A stretch of 64,000 nucleotides of DNA. It comes from Eledone cirrhosa (Eukaryota). Location of the stretch: the NCBI GenBank assembly GCA_964016885.1, contig OZ024740.1, forward strand, positions 223,758,001 to 223,822,000, in the 5' to 3' direction. A model generated the notes under the pieces. That model worked only from the letters and a program-made list of their open reading frames with translations, made no database searches and had not been told where the DNA came from. This document shows positions 52,967 to 64,000 of this stretch, one piece after another. Made by a program: the position numbers and the translations under genes. The first letter of the stretch is position 1; each line of letters starts with the position of its first letter.

Positions 52967-54269
52967 CACACACATAATATAGGCTTCCGGCTTCCTCACA
53001 GTTGTCATCTAGCTAATTCACTGACAAGGCATTAATCAACTCAAGACTAAAGTAAAATACACTTGCCGAAGCTACCACAAAGTGCGGTTGAAATCAAAAC
53101 TACATGGTATTAATGGAACCTTGTTAACTCATCATAGCCATGCTTGAATCTTTCAGTAATCTTTATAATCAACATATAAAATCACAATCGTAATCAATTC
53201 TGCACAGGATAATTTAAGGGAAAATATTTTATTTTATTGTTATACATGAATAAATATGCACACACACACACACACACATAGACACACACACACACACATG
53301 TATGCACATAAACATGCATACACACAGACACACACACATATATATATATATGTATATATATATATGTGTGTGTGTATGTGTGTGTGTGTGCATGTGTTGG
53401 GAGGGGGGGTGAGTATCAAATGCTTGTTTTATTTGCTATCAAATAGGAACAAATATTAATTCATCTAAAGTATTTGCTTTCTTTTATCATAAATGTAAAT
53501 ATATAAATATTAAGATCATTTATCACTTATATATATTATGAAGTAAGCTGGTCAACTAAATATGGTACTTATAAGAAAATTCATGCTAAAATTTAGTAGA
53601 TTCTGACAATAGCAATTGTGGCTTAAAGTGTAAATTAATCAATCTGTCTCAGTATGTTATTATTTAGCAGGATTCATAGAAACTGGCTTTATATAGTAAA
53701 CTACAGAGATTTATGACACCAACTGAACAACAATCAAACTGTTTATTAATGGAAAAGTTTTACTGGACTTTACTAGTTGGAAATACTATCAAAAGCAATA
53801 TGCTGCATGAAAGATTGGCATTTATCTGAAAGAAAAGTTTATATGTAAATTCAGTGTTGGATAACAAATAACAAATAAAGCTACTTTATTGACATTAAGG
53901 AAACCACAATGAAATCTGAGATTGAAGATGACATGAAGAAGACAAATAATTACATAAAATATGTCAAAATAGCAATTGAAATGGTAAAAAGGAAATTAAT
54001 TCAAGCTACATGGTAATACAAGAGTGTGTGCGTGTGTGTGAGTGTTTGTGTGTGCGTGTGTGTGAGTGTTTGTGTGTGTGCGTGTTTGTGTGTGTGCGTG
54101 TTTGTGTGTGTGTGTGTTTGGGTTTACAAATGAGACACAAAGAACTCAATGCAGAAAGCAAAGTATATCTTAATCATCATTTTTCATCCCGTTTTTAATT
54201 TATCCTTTTATTCTTTGTGTATTGTGTTTATATATATATATATATATAATGTGTGTGTGTGTGTGTGAT

Positions 54270-54780
54270 CCACAGACATGAAAGTTAAGCCAACATTACA
54301 AAATACCAATAGATAAAAGATGGTTTCAGTCAGACACAGAAAAGATGTCAGAGATTGACAAAGCAACCATACTCTGGGATAGACCAATAAAGACACTGAG
54401 AGCAAATCCAATTGACCAGATTTAATAGTCAAAGACCACAAAGAAACAGATGTCTTCTAAATGATATATCAATATGCCTGCAGGCAACAATATATCTACC
54501 AAGGAACTGGAGAAATTATACAAATATAAAGATCTAGAGAAAGAAATGACACAAATGTGGATGATGGAAACAGAAACAATACCTAAAATAATAGGTGCTC
54601 TGTGAAAATATAGAGGCAGATACATAAATAAAATGCCAGGAATTACAAATATACACAGTATAAAAAAAATAACACTACAAGGCAGTGCGCACATATTATG
54701 AAGAGTGCTCTCAATACAATGTCATCAAAAAACATACGCAATATGCACAGAGCTGTGCTTGGTAATGCAGTGAGAAAATA
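54270..54780 (+). mobile_element. Degenerate RLE-type (R4/Dong-like) LINE 3' end
   Basis: Hand translation DISMPAGNNI...KELEKLYKYKDLEKEMTQMWMMETETIPKIIGAL resembles the PD-(D/E)xK endonuclease tail. Confidence 0.6.
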
Positions 54781-54783
54781 ATT

Positions 54784-54968
54784 ATTTCTACGTTTGGCAC
54801 AAGGCCAGCAATTATCCCAGTGCATTACTGGTACTTTATTTTATTGACCCCGTAAGGATGAAAGGCAAAGTTAACCTCGGTGGGATTTGAAATCAGAAGG
54901 TAAAAGGCCGTAACTCTATGCTGCTAGGCTTGTTGTCCAACACACTACCGATGCTGCCAATGCCCCAC
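54784..54968 (-). mobile_element. Meta-like tRNA SINE
   Basis: Reverse copy of the family. Confidence 0.75.
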
Positions 54969-55167
54969 CCTAATGATAATAACTATAGAAAACCAAGATG
55001 AATAAATTTGAGGCATTATATTTGTCTGAAACAGCTTCAAAAAGGAGGAAATTAAAAAGCACCATTATTAATATACCGAGATATGTCTACATATTAGAAT
55101 CTGAGATGTAACTCAAGTATTTTGCCATTATATATATATATATATGAATATGTTGGTATATATATAT

Positions 55168-55771
55168 ATGAATATGTTGGTATTTGTGTTTATCAAATAT
55201 ATTAATTTATATTAACCTGTATTACACGGCTCAGAAATACTCTTTCTTTGAGCTATTTCCTTGTAATGGACTGCCTGAGATTTGAACTCATTATTATTGA
55301 TTTATCACTGCTCCTTCGTTGAGCTGAATTTAGCCCCATATAAACGGCTGTTATTTCTAGCAGCACGAGTATGCGACTAGCTAGACACTGGATAACCTCG
55401 TGAAATTACCTCGTGCGCTAAACAGTCTTTCTAAATATTTGGAAGTGGAACATACCAATTTTTATAGTGCTTGCTGAGGAGATCAAAATGCGGTATTTCT
55501 TCCACTTTTTCATTATTCGAAACATATTTGGATTTTAAGGTTTAATCCTGTCTACGGAACAGGTTTGATTTTTAAATTTAAATTTGTCCAAGCACCACGG
55601 CCATTGCCAATACAATTTGTTTTTGTTGATTTATTATCTTAAGTCAAGATAGGCAAACTGTAATATTATTATTAGTATATTTCAATCTAGCTAACTTGGT
55701 CATATACAATACAAACATGAATATGTTGGTATTTGTGTTTATCAAATATATTAATTTATATTAACCTGTAT
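55168..55771 (+). mobile_element. HHR-bearing retrozyme-like element: 549-nt unit with a 55-bp terminal direct repeat, in (TA)n
   Basis: ATGAATATGTTGGTATTTGTG...TTAACCTGTAT at 55168-55222 and 55717-55771; extra 16-mer copy at 55144. Confidence 0.75.
55467..55595 (+). ncRNA. Type I hammerhead ribozyme with long stem III
   Basis: GTGCTTG|CTGAGGA|GA...TC|GAA|ACA-ATTTGGATTT..CCTGT/ACAGG..AAATTTAAAT-TGT|C|CAAGCAC. Confidence 0.75.
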
Positions 55772-55774
55772 ATA

Positions 55775-55829
<55 letters not shown>

Positions 55830-55851
55830 TATAATAATAATAATAATAATA

Positions 55852-57420
55852 TGCCCTGATGCCCCTGACCATTATACTGTGAAAAGTGAGAGCAGGATAC
55901 AAGTTGGGAAAGGGAGAGCTTACCATCGATCACCTCCTCTTCATGGACGATCTTAAGCTCTTCGGGAAGAGTGAGAAGGAGTTGGATGTGCTTGTTGACA
56001 CTGTCCGTATTTTCAGCAATGATATATGTATGCAATTTTGTATTAGTAAGTGTGGAGTCCTTGTGATGAAGAGGGGTAAATTGAGCAGAAGCAATGGAAT
56101 CCAGGTACCAACAAGTGAGATGATAAAGGAAATTGACACTGAAGAAGGATACAAGTATTTGGGTGTTCTGGAGGCTGATGACATCAAGAACAAAAAATGA
56201 AGGAATTGATAAGATCTGAATACATTTGGAGAGTAAGGAGCGTATTAAAATCGCATCTGAAATGTAGGAATGCCATAAGTGCAGTAAATTCCCGAGCTGT
56301 GTCTATTATTAGGTACAGTGCGAGAATTCTGAGATTGAATGTTGCTGAACAAAAAGAAATGGATAGGAAGACTAGGAAGCTATTGACTATCTACAACATG
56401 TTCCACAAGAGGAGTGATGTCGATAGACTCTACTTAAGGAGATCTGAAGGTGGAAGAGGTCTTATCAGCATAGAGGACTGTGTTCAGATGGAGAAAAACA
56501 ACCTACACAAATACGTGACTGAAGGAGAGGACAATAGACTAGGCGATGTCCAAGGAGGAAATAACAACAAGGAGAAAGAGCAGCCTTCATGATAAATCCC
56601 TTCATAGTACCTTCTTTGAGAATACTGAATTCAGTGATCCACAGACATGGAACTGGTTGAAAAGAGGAGACCTTAAAAAGGCTACAGAAGGAATGCTAAT
56701 GGCTGTGCAAGAGCAGGGCCTCAAAATAAAGTGGCTGAAACACCATATTGACAAGGAGGAAGCTAGCCCACTGTGCAGGATCTGTCGAGAGAGAAAGGAG
56801 ACTGTGGCTTACATTGTATCTGAGTGTAAACACCTAGCCCAGACTCATTATAAAGGCTGGAGACATGATGTGATAGGAAGGGTGATCCACTGGCACCTAT
56901 GCAAAGTAAACAATTTACCACATTCTGAGAAGTGGTATGAGCATAAGCCAGAGTCGGTGATAGAAAACGATCAGGTGAAAGTGCTGTGGGATTTTAGGAT
57001 ACAGACGGACAAGAAACTGGAACACAATAGACCTGATCTGGTGGTTTTGGACAAGGAAAAAGGATTGTGCCTGATTGTGGATGTGGCCTGGCCATTCGAC
57101 GCGAGAGTGAAGAGAAGGAGAGGGAGAAAATTAACCGATACCAGGACTTAGAGTGGGAGGTAAAAAGGATTTGGAACTGCCATGAAGCCAAAGTGGTCCC
57201 GATTGTCATCGGAGCACTAGGTACTATCTCAAAACTTTCCAGGGATGGTTAAAGAAAATTGGCCCTGCCCCGCTTTTTGAACACTTCAAAAGGCATGCTT
57301 GCTGGGAACAGCAAGAACCCTCCGATACGTGCTGAATATCTGAGGCTGCAGGTAGTGGCTTGATATTCATTTCAACAAACTTTCCAGTTAACTAACATCA
57401 ATGACTGAGACTCAAAGAAC
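55852..57420 (+). mobile_element. R4/Dong-type RLE non-LTR retrotransposon, 5'-truncated and frameshifted, in (TAA)n
   Basis: HLLFMDDLKLF and YKYLGV (RT); CRIC...ETVAYIVSEC knuckle; LWDF...NRPDLVV...IVDVA (RLE); (TAA)n at 55830-55850 and 57421-57429. Confidence 0.9.
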
Positions 57421-58500
57421 AATAATAATTTGGGTATAGATCGATATCCAGTGATTTCAATCTCATTGTTATATATATATATATGTATATATTCTTCATA
57501 TTTTTCATTTTCTTCTCCACCCATTTACCCCTGACAGGGTGGTGGAAGCAGTCCTCAGAAACGTCTACCAGAGGGTCCTATCAGAAAAAATCATCTTCAA
57601 ATTGTATGAATGGATCTCCAAGTGAGAACAGCCTAGCTTATGTATTTTATTCAACCATTTTGCTTGTGGCCTTCATTATGAGTCTGTTGCTGGTTTATCT
57701 TTGTCTGTAGAATTTCTCCAGCAATTCTTTCCTAAGACATTCTAACCACGTGTCTGTAGTACCAAAACCGTGATCTCTTGAATCAGAAATGTAGTGGCTT
57801 TATCTGGAGTGACTCTCAGATCTCTGAGTTACAACCCCTTTTTATCTTATTCTAAACACCCTTCAGAGAAACCCCATTTAAGTCACATGTATTCACGATT
57901 GTATTCTTTCAGTCATTAGGATGATTCATGACCATAGGTAAGAGCAGGCACAAACACAGTATTTGATTATAATGAGTTTGGCTTTTACATCTACTTTCTT
58001 TCTGATTATTAAGTGCTGAATATAGCTTGTTAGTACAACAGTTCCAGCAATTCTTGCATTTAATTCAGCTTCATACATTACATACATTACAAAGAAACTG
58101 GAAAATTACAATAGTTAAGATACTTTTCTTTTCATGAATAAATTTGTGCTTGGAATTTTTCTTGAGTAGTGTACCCATGGTAAAATATTGCATATGGTCA
58201 AATCCACTTATCTGGCAGTAGAGAAAAGTGAATGATTGAGTAGAGCAACAAACTAATTGGAAATTCTGGAATTGCTTAGCATTTTAGAGTGTGAAATTGC
58301 AAATCTTCTCACATATGAATAGAAGAGGCTGCATGAAATTTCACAATTCATGATTTATTTTCACAGTGGCAACATTATATTTTGTATTTTGTCATCGTTA
58401 TTGCTATCGTTACTAGTAGGACAATTATTTTTTATTCTTGTTTCTTGTTTTATCTGATTGCTGTACACGTATATGTATGCATGCGTGTATATATATACAT

Positions 58501-58548
<48 letters not shown>

Positions 58549-61500
58549 CATGCAGATACTTTTATAGCAGCTGGAAAATACTTTGTCTTAGTGTAGTTCC
58601 TTAATTTTTTTTTCTACTGCAGTATTCCCTTTCTTTATATCAATGTAGCTTACTCTATTCTACCTTTTCCATTGATTTCCTACTTCCTACATTTTGGATA
58701 AACTTGGCAGCTTTATTGCTCTTGGCAGTGTGATTTCCTTCACAATATTTCAAACTTTGTGGTAAGGAATCTTAATTCCTTTTTATATCTACTCATGCAC
58801 ATTGAATCCAAGACAGAATTATGGCACAGAACCGTGCTCCTGTCTTAGGCAATGTTTTTTATGGGTCATTAATAATTTGATTCTTATCCAGAGCAAGTCT
58901 ATCAGTTTAGTCAACTATTTATCTTCAGCAAACGTCAGGTTATTTCAGTCATTTATTTTAACATTTTGACCTTTATCTTCTGTGACATTTTTATAATTCT
59001 AATTTTTGATTTGTTATTAATATTTTAATACAAATCTAATTTGTATTTAATAACATTTCTGTTTATATTAAGTTTTAAAATAAAATTGTCTGAGGAAAAG
59101 AGACAAAAGCATAATAGGTCAATTCAATAGTGGAATCAATGAACCTGAAAGTGGTGCCTGCCAACTGTGGTTTTGTAGCCTGTTCTTGTTCTATAACATT
59201 CTATTGGCTCATTACTGAATCTTTTAGAGTTTCGTTCTTTCTATACAATCTTTGCAAAAAAGGAAACAAAGAACCACATTTGTGTTTGCCACTTCCTAAC
59301 ATATAAATCTACTTGGACAGTTATATATAGCCTTCTAGCCTTTCACTATTCAATATTTGGCAAAGATTTAGATCCCTCTAAAATAGGGGGATCTCTTTGA
59401 CCTGATTCTAGATCAAAACGGTATCTCTCTTTCTATAAAGAATATAACTGAATCATTCTCTTTTAATAATGGAAATTATATTTCCATGCTAGCTATTCAT
59501 TATTTAATGGAATATAAACATTATGAAACTGGATATCATACAAATATCTTGCATTCAAATATTTATTTCGAGATATTAGTAAAACTGGCAAAATGAAAAT
59601 AATTATATATTTCTTCTTAATATGTTTTGTTGATATTTTATATACACAGATATTTTTATAGCAAAAGAAATATTTGAAATTTGTTTTTACTATGTAGATT
59701 TTTGTATTAATGGGTTTCATTTTACTGTCATATACTTCTAAGGTATATTAAATGAATTAGCTATCCTAAAAGACTCAGTTAGTGCCTTTGCATTACAAAT
59801 ATTGAATGAAGTATGTACAACATCCTATTCAATTAAAAAAATGTAAACACCTGGGAATTGTTCTTAAAATGTTTTCATTTAATGGTGGATGCTGTGTGCA
59901 TGATTAGTTAGTGTGATTTAGCCACAAATAAGCTCTGATGCATCCATGAGAATTGTTTCTTTTATTTTAAGTATGATTAATCTAGAATAACAATTTCTAA
60001 TGTTCTTTGTTAAAGTATGTTTGGGTATACTTTTAGAGAAGGAGTAGCTATCATTTCTGTCAGATCAAATCATTTTAGAGTAGCCTTTTTATCAGTTAAT
60101 TAATGATGAGGCTTGGGCAAATAAGTCATCACATGCAGGTTCAAGACAGATGAAGGGACTGATAGACATTGATTTAGAGATGAACTATATTATTATCATA
60201 GTTATTCCTGACAGCAAAATGAACTGAAACAATCTAGAGTAAAACATTCTCCTTTGAAATACAATGAAAGGTTAATGTGCCTTATGTCTTTGTTATTTCA
60301 TCCGTCTCTTTTTATTGTTTATTTAGGGAGGGAAGAGCAAGGCCCATAACTCTTGTCAGGCCCATCAAACAGATGAGAGAGAGAAGGTATCCTCAGGACA
60401 AAGACTTAACTGGAATGCTAGCAACAGAGTGGACTGGGTAATATATTAAGCTACAATTGTTATTCAGACATAACCATATAATTGGGGAGGCCTATATGAA
60501 AAAGACATTAAGAATTATGGTTCTTCCACAATGAAATTATTCATTATTCAGCAAAAAATAATTTAGCTTTTATTTTATTTGAAATGCAGTAGAAAACTGA
60601 CAGAATCATTAAGCGGCACTGCTCTCAGTTCAATTCCTTTTAAGGTACTCTGCCTTTAACCGTTTTGAGGTCAATAAATACAACAGCAGTTTGTTACAGT
60701 GGTTGTTTCTCCCCCCCCCCTACTTCTCTCTCTCACCAATAAATTAATTCTGTTCTGACCAGGCAAAGGAAGTGCTCTGCCAAGTTTCAAATACCCAAAT
60801 GTCAGGACAGCATTACCAGGGCTCATCGATAGTTAAGAACCCTTTACTTATTATTTTGTACTTTATTATCTTTAGTTCAATCACTATTAGAGAAGTACGA
60901 ATCATACACAGCTACATTATACACATGCCTGTCCTGTTACTGTTTCACACAACTACATTTTCTAATGCTAAGAAATAGAGTATTCTAATTTTATTTTATA
61001 TTAGATTTAATTTGACAAGAAACAAAATAATTTGTGGCAGGAAATATAGGCAATACAATCTATACTAGCATATTACAGGTATTTACATTATGGACAATTT
61101 TAATTTGTATTTGTTATGCAAGATACATGATGGGAAGTTATGTCTTGAAATAGATATTGTATCTTGGAAGGGAAATTCTGTCAACAAAACACATGCAATG
61201 GTTGTATTTCACATTGGATTTATTATCAATCAATTTCATAATTAATTAATTATTTAATCATTTAGCTAATTAATTAATTGCTTCATTATATAATTGATTA
61301 ATTAGATTGTCAAAGTTCTTTCATCAAAATATGTAACCTTATCAATTATTGATATGCTCCTCGTGAACTTCCTCTTTACCAGCGCTTACTACATTTTCTC
61401 TGTTCATTTCTCAGAGCCCAGTTGTCTGATAGCTTACTAATAAACCCAAAGTGCAAAGCAACAAGTTCATATATTATCATTGGGAGTATAACCCTCACAA

Positions 61501-64000
61501 GATATAATGATATGTTATTAATCTTCAGCTAGAACTGATCTCTGGCCATAATTACCAATCATGGTACCTGATGTTTTACAGTTTGGACCATCCCATAGGC
61601 ATTTTACTATTATTCCATTTATAAATTGTAATTATATTTTAGGAATATTGGATACATAGAAAGAGACAGTTATCAAATGATACAATAGGATCTGATATGG
61701 TGATAGTTTAATAGAGGCTGGGTTTTATAGTGAGTATATTTGATAAAGTTAGAAAATTATACTAATTGTTGAAGTGAGTTCAGCAGCATCAGTGTAGAAG
61801 AAAAGTGCAATGACAAAACGAATTGAGAATATTTAAGTTATGATTAGAGAGGGATGTAAAGAGTTGGAGTTAAAGTTATTATTTAACTATTGTTCTGAGA
61901 AATAACGAAAACAAATATTGTGGTTAGAGGAGTTTGGAGAGTCATGGAGGCTGTACATATTCACACATTTAAGAGTATGTGGAAAATAGACTGGTTCAGT
62001 ACAACTGAAATTATTTTGTTGCTGATATCCAGGTGATTTATGGGGGTAATGATTTTTACATATGTGCAGACATCACCTTTCAGACTGAAATTAGTCTATG
62101 AAATGTAACCTGATCAACAGAACTAGGTAGGGAGATAAAGTGTGGCTGATTTGAATTGAGTTTCATTATGAAGGATGGTGTGAAATTTGTCTGTTACTAA
62201 GAGGTGATATGTGGGGCCTTGTTTTGAACAAAACCTATGAATATGAGGAAGAATTGTCTTGTAAATTAAATTGTGCATTATTCATAGTTGATTTCATTTC
62301 AAGAAATTGTTGATTTATATAAAATGTTTACTAAGGAAATCACTTTTCATATTAGTCAGTAGTTCTACATATTAATCATATAACTGTTAAAGAAAGTACA
62401 TTACAGTGACATTTTAAATGGGTAAATGGATAAATCCTATTTTGTTGTGTTTTGAGTAGTAATATTTGGAAAGAAAAGTCAGAAAATGTTTTGTAAATAA
62501 CATAAGATAGATCTTGAACTAAGAGTGAATGTTCAACAAATAATTGACATTAGTGATTCCTAAAACTTCACAATACAGTTTGTAATGTAATTGAATAATT
62601 CTTATATAAACTTCGAATAAATATTGGAACAATTCTATAGACCTGCTTTGGATTTGATTAATGGTACTGATAACTTCCATAATTTGGGATCTTAATATTT
62701 GTAATAGTCTATGTGAAATTCCTGGCATAGCACTGGTCAGTTTTGCATATCATCAATGTCATCCTATATTCAATAAGCAGAAAGTATAATAAATGATATC
62801 TCTTTTGTAATGTTAAGCTGTTGATAATTCAAGATGGCAGCTTTCATTCTAGATTATGCACATTATAAATCAACAAAACCTGACTCATTTATTTAGAATC
62901 TAGGGAATTATTTACATATTAGTTATGTATGCCCATGATTAGAATTGCACACATATAAGCTTATAGACATAATAAAATAATCATTCTTTTAATTTTATCC
63001 ATTTAAGCCAATATTTAAATGATATGCAAATATATGCTATTTATTATAATGGCATTAATCATAGCTAGGCATTATCTTTATGTATTTTTAGCAAGAAACT
63101 AGCATTTTGGAAAAGTAATTGTTGAAATAGATATTTTAAACACTAGACAATACAATTAATGCAGAGATATTTTATAAATACATCCTTTATTTTATTCATA
63201 AAGTTTTATTAAAAGAAAAGAAATATTTAGAAATTGTCATAGATTGATAAATCAATATATATCGTATAAACAAAATGTTACTACATTGTATATGCCATGT
63301 GTATTTTGAGAAGTATTAATTATATTAATACTGAATATAATTGTTTTGTTTCATAAATAAAGGGAGTCAACTTCAGAAATGTTACCCAGATTAATCTTCA
63401 GGAGATAATATATGATAAACTGATATGCACGTATTTGGTTTTAAAAACGTTTTCATATAAAATGTTATAATCTCATTTTGTTATGCATGCACATTTTAAA
63501 GGCTTACATGTGATTTAAACAAGATCAAATGATTTAATGTTGAATTTTTAGGAAGTCTATACACATTGTGGGCCACTGAGGGCTCTGTGGACCATATGTT
63601 TTATATGTTGAAGCATATATATTTATTATTTTATTAATTAGATTGCCTAACAAATGCATGTTGAAATTAGATTGATTATTTCAGCTATATTATACACCCT
63701 TAAAATATACAGGAATGCTTTGAAAAAGTTCCTCTGGGGACAGAATCATAGGAATAGCATACTTGATGTAATAAGCCAAAAAATGAAATTAAGTGAAACA
63801 ACATATTTTTCAAGTCATTCTAATGCTGATGAATTCTAATAAGACTAAATTATGTATAGAGTTGTCTCCCTACTGCTAAATATCAGACTGATCCTCAGCC
63901 TCACTGCATTTCATTATACATTTCTTCTTCTTCTTCTTCTTCATTGCCCACTTATTCCTGAGAGGGTTGTGGGGGAAGAGTCCTCAAACACTCCTTGCAG

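Noticed and set aside
60328-60387. Possible 60-bp + strand exon after a pyrimidine tract
   Set aside because: Weak donor site and no recognisable peptide

Overview
AT-rich, repeat-dense eukaryotic DNA. The (TA)n/(CA)n/(CAT)n microsatellites, RTE LINEs and tRNA-derived SINEs suggest a cephalopod/octopus-like genome (inference from repeat content only). No host protein-coding gene can be supported; nearly all long ORFs are retroelement fragments or microsatellite read-through. Recognisable elements: the GIY-YIG end of a Penelope-like element, many RTE-clade LINE fragments (several with an in-ORF PHD-type finger), two Tx1/L1-clade LINEs, R4/Dong-type RLE LINEs, CR1-group remnants, two SINE families, Helentron-like non-autonomous elements and MITEs. 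The standout signal is a set of sequence-unrelated, non-coding elements carrying hand-folded type I hammerhead ribozyme (HHR) motifs. Four have measurable monomers (466, 549, 569, 654 nt) present as more than one copy, three also carry a 5' inverted partial copy, and they sit in (TA)n sites. One is nested in another with a 11-12 bp TSD. Core variants include U3-A8 and U4A. This looks like a diverse family of retrozyme-like circular-RNA retroelements, possibly mobilised by Penelope-like elements; activity and novelty are untested.
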